A stretch of 64,000 nucleotides of DNA, from the NCBI RefSeq assembly GCF_000281045.1, contig NW_008246143.1:71632-135631 (forward strand), written 5' to 3'. The notes below the pieces were generated by a model. It did not search any database. It saw nothing but the letters and a program-made list of their open reading frames with translations, and was not told the DNA's origin. The stretch comes from Saprolegnia diclina VS20 (lineage: Eukaryota). The translations under genes and the position numbers were made by a program. Of the stretch, positions 47,924-61,272 are shown in pieces (position 1 is the stretch's first letter; every line of letters begins with the position of its first letter).

Positions 47924-49447
47924 GCACGTTCGAATCTGGAGACTCGAGAGGCGACCAAAAATATCTAAGTCGTTGCTTCAGTGTCGTGGAAGGGAAGACA
48001 ATATGTACAGTCGCGGATCTCTTTTTGTGTCGACGGTCCTTGGGTTTGTATCTAGCATGTTGTGTGATACTATGTTTGACGGTACAATACCTTGGTGCGC
48101 AAGAAGGCCTCTATCGCTTCCAAGCGCTCTTCTTCCGTGAGGAGTACGCTCTACAGAAACGCTGAAATGACCGTCCTTCCTCGTCGCAGGGATGTACGTC
48201 GACGGCCTGGATCGTCTAGTCGCTGTGTTGGATGATACTGTCATCGGTCGTCATCGGGTACCTCTGCTGGCGACGCTTTGGCAGCACTGCTCTTGCGCCG
48301 GTTGTCGCTCTGCGTACAGAAGTGCATGAGATACCACCGACCATTCGTTTGCAAACTACGAGAGGTTTGATTTCGAGAGGTGCCCGAGCTGCGTCCGCCG
48401 CCGTGATGGATCGCTTTCGTTGGGACGTTGTTGAAGGAATCTCGGACGTGTCTTTGGCCGCTGGCACAGCGGTCGGCGTTGTTGCCGCGGCGCGCGCGGT
48501 CGGCGCGGACGATGGTCGACTGCCCGGTGCGGCTTCGGTGGTTTGTGCAATCGGTAGCACCGGTACGGCCTCAGGCTCCTACAGTCTCAATGACTGGGAC
48601 GAAAGAACGCAGCGTGGCGCTTACGGTCGAGCTCTCGGACACCTCCTACGCAAAGTAAAATGAAATCAGCAACGACAGAAACGTCGTCCTACGTTGGGCT
48701 GCATGGGAATGACATCGACGACAGGCTATGGTGAAGGGCGGCTCAGATGTGAGGGGCTCCCTTCTGCGCACGTACCAACTTGGGCGCTTCGTTCACGGGA
48801 GCAATGGCTTCGGCGTTGTTGGCGCTCTCAGCGACAACTACCACCTGCTCCTTGGAGTCACTGTGCTCGGGCTCCTGAAAATCAAGTGGCGTTGGTCAAG
48901 GCAAGGAGGTAGTCGCATCCACGCACCGGCTCGATGGCCGCTTGTAGCTCCGACGACGTGACGCTGCTGCTCATCGAGTCGGATCGAGGAAATTTGGGTT
49001 TCGGGATAACCGAAATAACTTTTGTGCATACGTTGTCGGTTGAACCCGCGATGGAGCTTCTCGCTTCGCGTAATTTGAGATTTCTCCGAGTGCGTTGTTT
49101 GGGATTCTGATATTGTCGAGTGCGTCTCCCCTTCCACTGTTTTGGGCGAGGACCCTTCATGACGTGGCAGTCTCGAGTGAAAGAACGTCGCCTTTTGCTC
49201 ATCCTGCGTTTTGTAGCTCAACTTATTCCTGCCTGCGAAGATTGGGCTCCAGCGCTTCAAGAACGGAGCTACAATTGTAGCCCATCGATTTGGGCAAGCT
49301 GCTCCAGAAGATGCCACGATGATACTTCCATCTCGCGACTCACTACTACACTCTCGTAGCTCTTGGAACTAGTAGTGTCGATGATACCAAGGGCATAAAT
49401 ACCGCGTAATGTATTTCCCTTGAGATAACCTTACCAAAAGTTTATCA

Positions 49448-49495
49448 AGGGCTCTCGGGGCATTATATTAGAGGGCTCTCGGGGCATTATATTAG
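49448..49495. repeat. Perfect 24-bp tandem duplication
   Basis: agggctctcggggcattatattag occurs twice in tandem. Confidence 0.9.
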
Positions 49496-49961
49496 AGAGC
49501 AATCGCGCAACGACTACCCGCACTTGCTCCCGTCGAGTACAAACTTTGGTGTTGGAGCTCCATTGACAGTACTTAGCATTGCAAGAATGTGTTATGTAGT
49601 CGGCACTGCACTCGACTCGTTAACGGCGCCCGCGCTTCTCATCGTAAGCAAACCCACGGTCCAGAGGTCCCAACCACTTTCCGCCACAGAGTGTTGGTCT
49701 GAAACGCAATGTGTGCGGAGTGTTTGCGGCTGGTACGCCAAAGGTTCGTTTCCGCGAGCCAGGAGCTATCAGCAAGAATCTTACATTGACGTGGCGCGCT
49801 TGAGGCCCTCGAGGTGGATGCATTCGTCGCGTCAATAGTGTAAGACCAACGAGTGTTCCGCTATCCCTCGGAGTAGGGTTGACAGATGAATACCAAGAGG
49901 ACCCAAGTAGTGTGTTCATTCGAAGGGGCGAGTCACGTGCTGAGAAAACGATGCATACATA

Positions 49962-52374
49962 CTACATGCGCATGGCCTTGAGTTCCTTGTAGAGCGCAAC
50001 AAGGTCTTCGGGGCCGACGTCCGACTCGTGGCCCATCGACGCCTGGCTCGGGAGCCGCCCAGAGCCCCGGAGCACGTCCTGCGTCATGACCTGCATGCGC
50101 TCGCGCAGCTCTGTGACCCGGACCTTTTTGTTTTCATCGTCCGCGTCGCCTTCCAGGACAAAGTCGAGGTCGGCGCTGCCCCGGCTGTGCACCGGCGTTT
50201 TCTCCGAGTCGGTGTGGTTCGAGTTGAAGGAGGCAAAGAGCGTCGACGGCTTCGAGTCACGCCAGCTCGTCGCGGGCTTGGACGTCGGGTCAAACACAAC
50301 CGGCGTCTTCTTCATCTCGGACGACCGGATGCCCACGAGCTTGTTGTCGCAAAACTGGAACGTCTGGCCCGACTCGCGCCCGGAAATGCGCCCCGACTCG
50401 CGGCTCGACGTCCGCGACGTGCGGCCGGTCACCGAGGATCGCCGGTGTTCGTCCAGCTGCCGCGCGCTCGTGACCAGCTGCTCGATCACTTGCTGCGTTG
50501 TCTGCGCCTGGTACAGCGGCTGCTTGAGCTCGTACCCAAACGAGATGCTCGAGTTGTAGGGGATCGAGCCGCGGCGGGTCGCGCGCGCCGCGTCGACGTC
50601 GACCGCGCGGTAGTTGAAGAGCGGCGTCGAGTCGCGGTACGAGCCCATGTGCGAGACCGAGTCCATACTCGAGACGAACGACTGTGAGAGCGAGTCGGCG
50701 GCGCTGATCATGCTCAGACGCTCGTTGTTGGCCGCAAACTCGCGCGGCGCGAGGTGCTCGAGCGCCGGGTTCCACTCGTCGTCGGCTTCAAGTGCGTCGT
50801 CGTCGTCGTCGTCGTACACGCCCGTGTACTCGTAGTGCGTCTGGTGTACCTCAAGGCTCTTGCTGCGGCGGTAGTTGTCGTCTGTAAGCGACAAACGGTC
50901 GTCCTCGTCGTCGTCGCGATCTTCGTTGTGCGTCGACGGAATGTTGTAGAGGAGCGTCGATGGTCGCGCCGGGTACTCGTACGACGTCGTGGCCTTTGAG
51001 CGCGCCGACTGAAGCATGTCTACTGCGCTCATTGAGACACACGAAGATGACGAAGGCGACGTGTACCATCCGAGAGGAGGTCGTCCGACTCGCGCATCGT
51101 GCCGCCGTGGGCAGGCACGCCGCCGTAGATGTTGAGCGCCTGCATCGTGTCCATGCTCGTGTTCATCGTCGTCGTCGCCGCCATCGTGAGCGACCGGACG
51201 CGCGTCTCGCGCGAGCACGGCACGCAGATGCGCACGTTGCGCCGGGCGCGGGGCGGCAGCTGCTTGTAGTTGTGCACAGTGTGGCGGACGGCAATGTCAA
51301 CGGTCCAGACGTTCTGGCACGCCATGCAGACGACCTCGCCGCACTTGCGACACCGCACCTACCCCCCATTTAGGAATCTAGTAAAAGGACTAGGTAGACC
51401 TTGTGGCGCGTAAAGACGCCAAATTTCTTGTTGCAGACGTTGCAGAAGACGCGCTCGGCCTTGGGGATCAGGTCCAAGTCGCCGAGGATCGGCTCGTGGC
51501 TCAGTCGGCGCTCGTGCAGGAACCGGTTCAAGTGCAGCACCTCGGCCAGCCGCCGGCGAATCGCGACGCGCGACATGAGGCGCGGAAGCGAGCCTTTGAA
51601 GTCGATCATGGACATCTGGATGACGTTGAGGAGCCCCGTGGTCTCGCTCTCGAGGAAGACCATGCCCGAGCGCTCGGTCGTTGCTCGCACGAGGTGCATG
51701 CCGCTTAAGGGTGGGCAGATGGGCAGCGAGACCGACTCGCGTGCGAGGACCCAGCCGCGGCGACCGCTCACGTCCACAAACTCGTCTTGGCACTAGTCGT
51801 CCCTGAGCAACATCATCGTATGCTGAGAGCGTACCTCGACGTAGCAGAGGTCGCGGTGCTTGGCGACCGACCACGGCGACTTGGTCGCGGTCCAGCGCAC
51901 GGTGATGTTGTGCCACGGGTTCTCGGGCGTCGGTGGCGTGAGTGTGTGCAGCACAAACGTGTCGAGGAAGTCTTCTTCGTACGAAGCAGCCATGCTGCGC
52001 GCCTCGGCGGTCGTCGAGCGCTGGTAGAAGGCGGCGACCTCCTCGATCGTGCCCGCGACCTGCGTGACGCACGAGCCCATGATGATGTTGTTCTTGTGGT
52101 TGTTGATCCACGTGTCGCGCTTCGACCGCCCCTCGTACATCATCGAGTGAATCTCGGCCGCCGCTGGGAGGCCATCCGTGATGATGTGGCTCGCCGACCC
52201 GCTGTCCGGGCGCCCGATCGGGTGCCACTGGACCGTGTCGCCGTTCATGCGCGCATTCTTGATGAGCTCCTTGCACGCCGTGCGCGCAATGTGCGTGAGG
52301 TACCGCTTCTCCTCGACGGGCAGCGTCGGCGAGAGGAAGAACTCGTCCGGCACCGGGAACTTGCTCGATACCAT
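49962..52374 (-). CDS. START-like + FYVE-like protein (paralog 3) with a long disordered tail
   Basis: FPVPDEFF; VAGTIEEVA; RDLCYVE; GRRGW; DFKGSLP; CNVCNKKF...CRKCGEVVCMAC...ICVPC. Three short introns. Confidence 0.85.
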
Positions 52375-53675
52375 CGACTTGGGTTGTACGACGCAAGCGG
52401 CTGGCAGTGGCGCTAGCAATGGTCATGTGTAATGGACTGGGCCAGACGGCTGGAATTCCCGTAGATGAGTACACGGTACCGCGCCTCGCCGTGACACGCC
52501 GTGTCGAAACTTACTGATTAAGCGATTCAATCCTCTTCCGCAACGTGCCATGCGTTGCAAGAAGGGCATTGCCCGTGCACATCGTCGCTTTCCGTCGGGC
52601 AAGTCCTTGCTTGCGAGCGGTATCCATCCTATTCGGCCGTGCCAACGTACGTAGTAGCAAGGCGGCGTGAGGCACACCACGCGCGCGTCGCTGTGCGTGG
52701 CAGTGCAGAGAGCACACACCGTCTTTGCTAATGCCGTGTGCTCACTCTGTGCACTGGTGTGGGACATGCTTGTATATCGCCAGTGAGCCAGCTGCGGACC
52801 CGTCATGAGAGGCGTTCCGACCAAGCCGACAAGTTTAGTCCTCGCGACCATCCCACCACGGGCTACTCGTGTTCACATGCACCACAATATTAGTATCCTC
52901 CGTTGCCAACTACGGCGCGTGGTCGAGGTCGGGTCAATGAAGCGGCCAAAGACTCGATGTCGCTACATCTGCACCCTGCGTGGGTGCACCTTCGATGTAC
53001 GCTGCGTCCACTTCGAACGTTCTGCACCGAGGTGGCGGCGATGATGGCCGACGACGCATACCTAGAGATCCAGCTCGGCTCGGCCCGGCGCGGTCATTTG
53101 CATGCATGACGTGGCAGCGCGTCGTGGCTGCAATGTCAACGGGGGCAGAGGTGGTCGCTGTGCAACGCGCGCCGCGGGCTCGCGAACCGCTCTCGTTTCT
53201 TGAGCTGCCGCGTGGCGGCGCGCTGCGTTCACAAACAGTGCGATCACAATCACTGGTTGGTCTCGTCGTGCACGCACGCCATTGGTGAAATTTACTGATC
53301 GCACGACGGGAATGCTTCAAAAAGAAAGGACATGCAGCATCTGGACGGACAAGGATGGTCACTCGTTCAGAGCACGACGACGCCATCGGGGTCCTGATGA
53401 TCTGCTGCCTCTCGTCGTGGTCGCGGCCACCCTGCTTACCTTGTGAGTCACGTGGCAACGTATACAAAACACAAGTCAAACCGCTGCAAGAGTTGAACGG
53501 GTTGGCGCCATCTAATTTGCTGCAATCCTGATGCGTACTCTTCAGCACTCTCTTCTCTCGTATACAAAAAATGAGATCGGAGTCCAAGTTCACTCTCTAC
53601 AAGCGCGGCAGATGGATCGCACGCTCTCTTTAGCCAGGTGCATCAGCTGACAATTGACACAAAGCGACTTGCAGC

Positions 53676-56396
53676 ATGACGACGTTTCCGCTGCCCGCGA
53701 CCTTCTTCCGCTGCCCCGAGCTCTCGGTCGACGAGCGCGAGTACATGGTCAACCTCGCGCAAAAGTCGCTCGTCGAGCTCGTGCGCCACTCGAACCTCGA
53801 GGGCGGCCCGATCCGGTGGAGCCTCGACAGCGACGACGCCGGCTTGCAGCTGTACACGGGGTCGGACCCGTCGGCGGTCGGGTCGGAGATGACGTTCCTT
53901 TGCTCGACGACCGAGATCATGGCGTCGCTCGACGAGGTTGCAGCGCTCTTCCGCTCCGACACGACCGAGACCTTTCGCGAGTACACGCGCAACTTTGGCA
54001 AGGACCTCCTCGACGCGCAGTCGCTCTACACGCTGGCGCGGCCGACGGCCGAGAACCCGCGCCACTTTATCGGCGTCAAGTGGATGGTGCTCGAGGTGCC
54101 CAACGGCTTGGCCAAGCACCGCGACATGTGCTACCTCGAGTGCCAAGACGACTTTGAGATGAACGGCAAGCGCGGCTGGGCGCGGTCGCTGAATTCGATC
54201 AAGCTGCCGTGCTGCCCGGATCTGCAAAACAGCCTCAACCTCGTGCGCGCGTCCATCTACCGCACGGGCTTTGTCTTCCTCGAGACGAACCGGCCGGGGT
54301 ACCTCAAGGCCATGCACGCGGTGCAGATCGACCTCAAGGGCAACATTCCAAAGTTCATCGTCAAGATGGGCGCCAAGCGCCGCGCGCGGAGCATCGCCGA
54401 CATTGACCAGTTTCTGCGCGAGCGGCGGCTTAGCGGCGAGGTCTTCCTCGAGAAGCAGCAGCTCATTCCGCGCTCGATGCGCAGCAAGTGCTTTCTCTGC
54501 AGCAAAAAGTTTGGGCCATTCTCCAAGAAGAAGAACTGCCGCAAGTGTGGCGAGGTACGGCGATGCAAAGCATTGCGGCCTCAGCGCGCGTTTAGGTTGT
54601 CTGCAGCAGCTGCAGCAAGTACTGGGACATCAACGTGAACGGCCTCGGCCGATCCATGATCCGCGTCTGCTCGGCGTGCTCGGTGGGGACGTTTCACAAG
54701 GGCCTGCCACGGCTGCAGTCGGCCTTCACCGACAACGCCAGCGAACAAGACTCGAGTATGGCGCCTGTCCCACGCAACTTCTATCCTCACCGCATCGTTG
54801 TCTGTAGCCGATTACAACGAGGAAGGCAAGCGCGTGCTGAGCCGACACAGCCACCACACGCCCCGGATGGCGCGGGGCCTTCAGCGCCCCCCGCAGGACG
54901 TAAACGTGAGCTTGAGCTCCAAGCAGGCGCCGTTCAGTCGACGCGAGCCGGAGGCCGAGCCGCCGGTCATCGCTGCCAACCGACATATGCTGCCCGCGGC
55001 CCGGTCCATCAAGACGGACTTGGCCACTGAGCCGTCGAGTGCGCCGCAGCCGTCTCGCGCATCGCGCTACACAGTCGAGAGCAGCCAGAGCAACAACGAA
55101 TACGTCGGCCGTCACGAGGAGTGGCAGGCGTCGGACCACGGCAGCAACGACGGCGGCGCGCGCTACGGCTACGACAGCCGACCGATTGCCGAGGCGCGGT
55201 ACGCACCGGTGCCCGAAGGCCGCGAGCGTGGCGACAACGACCGGTACGAAGAGCGCAGCCAAGAGAGCCGCGAGGTCGACCCGCGCTTTGCCGAACAACC
55301 ACCGCAGAGCCACGAATTGCGAGTCCAAGGCCACGAGCCACGGTACTTGGACGCTCGCTTTCAGGAGACGCGCAACTTTGATCCGCGGTACAACGACTAC
55401 GACCCGCGGTACCCGCCAAACCACCACCATGACCCGAGATTTCCGGAGGCTCGCTACCCCGAGCCTCGGTACCAGGAGCCACGGTACTATGGTCAGCAGC
55501 CAGCGCGCTACTATGACGACGACCGCTACTACGACCGAGACCCACGCTACATGGACCCTCGCTATTTGGACCCCCGTTACAACGACCGGCGCTACGTCCA
55601 CCCTCGCCACGACGACCGCGACGCGCGTGGACCGCCACGGCTACTTGAGCATCCGGACATGGCACCACCAAGTAGTGATGGACCGACGCAGGAAACCGTC
55701 GACCTGCGCGCACCGCCAACGAGCGGCCGCCACATGTCGGCGACGTCTGACGACGAGGCCCAGTACCGCCCGTACGCACCCCTCAACGCGCAAAACCTCG
55801 CCGCGTTCACCGCCAACGGTGCCACGGATCCGTCGCGTCGGCACGACGACCGGTTCACCGACGCTCGGCGCCCAATTATCCAGGAGGAAGAGCTCCGCAT
55901 GAACACCCAGCGCCGCGACGACTACAACCGCCGCTGGTACGACGACGAGCTCGTGGGGCGCTACGAAGACCGCCCCGACGCTCGGTACCAAGAACAGTCG
56001 CGGTACGTGGAACCGTCTCGGTACATGGACCCTCGTGACCAGGTGCGGTTCCGCGACCAGCCGCGCTACCCGGACGAGCCACGCTACCTGGACGAACCGC
56101 GCTACCCGGACGAACCGCGCTACGACGACCAGCCTCACCAACCGCGGTACAACAGCACCCAGCCGCGGTACAACAGCACCCAGCCGCGGTACCCCGAGGA
56201 GCCTCTGTACAGCAACGACCCGCGTCGCCTTGCGGATCGCGAGCCCAAGGCGGCTCCGACGAGCGAGCTTTCGATGCTCGCGCAGCAGATGGCGTCGCTC
56301 GGTGTGCAAATGGACCCTGCGGCCATGACGCCGGCGCAGCTCAAGGCCCTGTACAACCAGCTCCAAAAGCTCAACCTGGACGACCCGAAGCCCTAG
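53676..56396 (+). CDS. START-like + FYVE-like protein (paralog 4) with a Tyr/Arg/Asp/Pro-repeat tail
   Basis: FPLPATFF.CP.LS; ASLDEVA; RDMCYLE; GKRGWA; DLKGNIP; CFLCSKKF..KKNCRKCGE|VVCSSC..VCSAC. The last exon contains many PRY repeats. Confidence 0.87.
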
Positions 56397-56437
56397 TTTG
56401 TTGTTTGCACGAAGAATGAATTTGGGTAGTGTCGATG

Positions 56438-58358
56438 CTAGTGGTGGACGGGTGGACCGTGGCGTCCAGGGCCCGAGAGCGGGAGGTACTTGGTGACGTA
56501 CGTCACCGCGACGGCGCCAACACAGAGAATCGTCGACGTCGTGCCGAGCAGAAGCGCGAGGTTGGGTGGCGGCGCCATGAGAAACCCGTTGACAAACTGG
56601 GCCGTGATGGCACCGACGCGGCCGACGCAGCTCACGAGCGACATGCCCGTGACGCGCACGGGCAGCGGAAAGGCGTGCGCCGAGAGTACGCCAAACTAGT
56701 AGCTGACAGAGTTATGGACCAAGACAGGGAGATCGAAGGTAGTACAGCATTCCACGACGACGTCATGCACGCGTTAAAGAGGCAGGCGCAAAACACCACG
56801 TAGCCAGGCGCGTGGGACGTGTCGAGAGCAAAGAGCAGCGCCGCCGCCGCCGAGAGCAGGAGGGAGAGCGCGAGCAGTCGCCCGCTGCCCCAGGAATCGA
56901 CCATGGCAAAGCTACGGCAGAGTCAGCTTCTTTCGCTTGCGAAAACGACCTGAAGAGGTTGCCCGGAAGGTTGGCGCCAGCGTACAAGAACGCGTTGGCG
57001 TACGGGTTGGCGAGCCCAATCGACTTGAAGAGCGACGTGATCCACGTCGAGATACCATACGAGCCTACACCACCGTCAACATCCACGTATAGAGCCATGG
57101 CGGACCGAAGCTCATGGCGAACGCGACGACAAAGAGGAGGAGCGAGATGCGCCGGAGCGAGTACGTGGCCCAGAGCGCGCTGAAGCGCTGTGCGACGCTG
57201 CTGCCGCTCGACTCGGCCTGAAACTTGATGTGGTCGAGCGGTTCGAGGCGCGGCCGGCGCGACTCGCCGTGGAGGGCGAGGATGCTGTGGAGAACGCGCG
57301 TGGCCTCGTCGTGCTTGCCCTTGGAGATCAAGAAGCGCGGGCTCTCGGGCACAAACCAGTATGTAAGCACGAACGAGAGGGCCGCGGGGAGGCCCGCGAA
57401 CGCTGCAAAGTGGCGCCACGTGGTCGGCAGGATCTTGTCGCCGTCCAGCGTCTTGCCGAGCATCGTCCACGCCGCGCCGGCCGTCACGATCGAGCCCTAC
57501 GCAGAGCCATAAGTTGGCGACTCCAGACAACGCTGGCGTACAAGCATCCAAAAGCAGCAGAGCACTGTAATGTACCGGCCTTGCGCAGCCGGCGGGAGGT
57601 GCTCGATGCACAGCGCAAAGAGGCACGAGACAATGCCACCCACGCCTACGCACAGCAACGTTGCACGAGACAAATGGCTCGCAGAAGCGCACCGATGCCG
57701 GCAAATGTCCGACAGACGATAAGCCACGATATCGTGGGCGCGAGGGCCGAGCCAAACCCGGCGATGGCGTTGATCGCGAGGTTGGCGAGCACGACGGGTC
57801 GCCGACCGTACGCATCGCCCAGGACGCCGCCGATGAAGCCGCCGACGAGCATCCCTGCAAACACGGCCGCCGTCAAGCAGCCTATGGCAGACAGGTGTGA
57901 GGATTGATACGTCAGACGACGCTGTACTGGACTCCCATGGCGTGATCGGGCTGTCGTACACGGCCAAGATATACCCGATCGCGAGGATCTCGACCGCGTC
58001 AGCCGCGTTGCCAAGCCCGAGGATCCTAAAACGACGTCGCGTGAGCTATCGCCAAGTATACGTGTAGCGCCGTACACGACCATGCGCTTGTGGAAGTAGC
58101 CGCAGCCGATCGCTTCCACTTCCTACAAGCCACGGCGTCAGGCGAGCGTCGTCGCTGGGAATGACCTACCTCGTTGACGTCGACGGTCTCGTCGTTGACG
58201 CTCTTGGTGATGAGCGTCGCCTGGTCGCTTTCGCTCTCGTCGGCGCTGGCCATCTCCACGGTCGTCGCACTTCCGCTCGTCGTCGTCGTCGTCATGAGCA
58301 GCGGGGCCAAGAGTTGTCGCAGGCGTCGTCCGTCCTTCGGCGCCGGATCCAAGCTCAT
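56438..58358 (-). CDS. MFS transporter, SV2/SVOP-like, multi-exon
   Basis: EAIGCGYFH; GLGNAADAVEI; GGVLGDAYGRRPV; PESPRFL..KG; F..P.R.TG....VGRVGAI. Confidence 0.9.
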
Positions 58359-58449
58359 CGCACCAGCTGGCATTCGATAGAATCCTTTGCAACTCGATAT
58401 TGCCGAGCTGGTATTTATTGTTACAGGTTTGTCCGCGCAGCGCGCCACG

Positions 58450-61172
58450 TCATTGCTCTTGCAAAAACGCGCCTGTATCAACCGTCGTGAGCAAGAGCCC
58501 GGCCGCGGACCGGCAGCCATGGTCCGGGTCCCACTGGCGCAGCTGATCGAGGTACGGGACGAGCGACGTCTGGAGGCCGAGGCGCGCGACCTGTTCGCTC
58601 CACGCAAACCCGGGCAGCACGAGGAGGACGCGGCTGAGCCCAAAGAGCACCTACAATGCTCACAGCTACATAGTCGGAGTCGTAGCAGGAGTACCTGACG
58701 ACGGACGCTAGGTAGCTCGTGCGTTCGCTGGGACCAAATGAGCTCGAGAAACGCAGTTGCCATCGCAATCGTGCGGGGTCCGTGCTGCCCCGACGTTTCG
58801 AGCACCGCGGCCAGCGTCTGGAACACGTGGGCCATCAAGACGTGGTCGAGCGAGTGCATGCTGCTCGCCGCGTTCGCAAGCTGCGTCTGGAGCGGCAGGA
58901 GCAGAGGGTAGAAGAAGAGACTGAGCGTGTTGGCTTTGTCGACTCTAACGTTGGGGGCCGCTAGCGCGAGCGTCGAGAGGATGTCGAGCTTGACTTGAAA
59001 AAGCTTCTCAGAGTCAAACACCTGCGCCGCCAACGTCGGCAGTGCCTGCGCCGGCGCCTCGAGCACGAGCCCCCGCAGCGACGCTTTGCGCAGCGCATCA
59101 AAGTGCGGTCTGCATACCATCTATGAGCCCCATGACGCAACAACAGCAAACGTACGTTTGGAACGTGTCGTCGAGACGCGTCACGGCCCGGCAGAGCGTC
59201 ACGGCCAAGTCGTGGAGGTCGTACGGCCGGCGGTGAATGAGTGCCGGCAGCGAACGCAGCGCGAGTTCGGCGCGGTCGCGGTCGCCGTCTTGTTGCAAAC
59301 CCTCCAGAACATCCAGCAAATACACCATCGGCGGCGTCTGCAAAGTCATCAGCACACGTTCGACCGTGAGTCGACGTACCGCGTCGACGGCTTCGTCCTC
59401 GTCGTCGCTGAGCTCGTACGGCTCGAGACTGATGTCCGACGCCGCGTCGTTCACGTCTCCTTCCGTACTCTCAGCTGCGTCGTCGTCATCGCTGTCAACG
59501 ATGGCATCAGGGTCGACGCGAGATGGTTTTTTAAGCGCCGAGGCGACCAAAGGTTCGAGCGGCGTCGTTGTCGCGGGTGCTGTGCCGTGACGCGGCAAGT
59601 CTTCGTCTTCGAACGTCAGCGGCGTCTCGGGCGTGAGGACCTTGGAGAGAGCGATCGCTACGACCATGCCCCACTGTCGTGTCCCTTGCAGGGAGTGCCC
59701 CATGCGCTCCTACCCAAATGCAATTGGTCGTAGGTCGCAAACGCTCAGAGTGTACGTACTCGGATGCCCATACTCAGCGGCCCAATCCAGCGCCGGGTCT
59801 CCACGACGGCGCGAGCGTCGACATACCGCGTCGAGAGGTGGTCGAGACCGAGCTCAATGAACATGGCGGCGCTGCCGTCGACGTCCGCGTCCGTCGCGCA
59901 GCCGAACGCCCATGCCTGGATGAGCTTGTCAAGCACTTGCACAAGAGGCGACTGCGCCTAAGATGCAGTCAACACCCGTCGTACCATGCAAAGGCAAAGG
60001 AACCGCGTCATCGTAGTGGATGGCGGGGGTCGTTGGTCCAGAGAGCACGCGAACCGCCGCGTCGATCGCCGCAAAGGGCAGCGCTGTCTTGGCGTGCAGC
60101 AGTAGCTTGTGGCTCAACACGTGCTGGAAGACGCTCTGCTCGACGATGCTCGTTGGCAGCAGGGTGGCCCAGTCCACCGGCATCGATGTGTCTGCAGTCG
60201 CCATTGCTCTCTGAACTAGCGACGTGATTCGATATCGTACCGTTCGTAGCGAATTTCACAGTCTCGGAGAAGAGGCCTTCGTAAGCAGACGGCGGAAGCA
60301 TCTGTATGCACATGAGCTGAGCTGCGAGGTCATCAAAGTCGTGTGTACATTGAGCCAGATGTAGTGCTCGCTGGGCGACGTGCAGTTGGCGAGCCAGACT
60401 ACAGAAGGGCTGAGAAACCAAGGGGTACGAGGGGACGCACCCGACGCAACGCATTTGGCGTGGCCAAGACGCACGAGCTTGGGCACGAGGAGGGCGCCGA
60501 GGTGGCCACTCGAGACGGCGCCTCGGTGACGCACAAAGGCCAACACGAGTCGCGGAAAGAACGTCGACGGCAAAAAGCCACGCTGCGTCTGCGGCCAATC
60601 GAGGTTGCACACGATTGCTGCGGGATATTTGTCTCGTGAGGCGCCAACTGCAGTGTGGACGTACCAGGCAGCGCGCAGAGCTTTGCAACGAGGGACTCGT
60701 CGGCGACGCTCGTGGCCTACGTACCCTTCGAGTTGCTGCGAAGAGAGATTGTCCAGTGTACCTTGGGCGTCATCATCATCATCTCGGACTGCAAGCGATA
60801 GAGACCGTCGTCGTCGAGGAAGCGTTGCAGGAGACGCAGCGCCATGTCGTGCGACTGCGCTTGTAGCTGGCGTCGGCTCACAATGTCGTACAGCGCGAGA
60901 AAAAGGCTCTGCACGTGGCGCCATGTCTCGGCAGTGGCCACCGACAAGAGCGAATCCACTGCGGGCACGATCGCGAGGGCTGCAGCGTCCGCCACCGTCG
61001 TCGTGACCCATGCCGGGACCACGGCCTCGAGGACATGCGTCGCCATCGCCTTGTAGTTGTCTGCGAGAAGGTCGTTGTCCTCGACGAGCAGGCGCACGGC
61101 CTCGTCAATGTCGTAAGCCGCTTCGGCAGCCCGCAGCCCATCGGCCCAGCCCTCGAGCGTCCGCGTGCTCAT
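58450..61172 (-). CDS. TEL2: Telomere length regulation protein TEL2/TELO2 (TTT complex), multi-exon
   Basis: GMVVA.ALS.VL.PE.PL.F; DPDAIVDSDDD (CK2 site); LEPYELSDDE; P.YL.D.LEGL; RAELAL..LP.LI...P; C-terminal DPD..CR. Confidence 0.85.
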
Positions 61173-61272
61173 CGTAGCTGTATCCGGAATCACCGGATAC
61201 GCGTATCCTGCCACAATTACGGGTAACGGTGCCACTTTTAAGCACTTTAGAAATATCTTTGTGAGCGTCGAG

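Noticed and set aside
48232..49317. Several 100-160 aa ORFs
   Set aside because: No domain, inconsistent frames and non-host codon bias.
55360..56200. Repeats considered as a CRISPR-like array
   Set aside because: They are in-frame coding repeats with no unique spacers and no cas genes, in a eukaryotic context.
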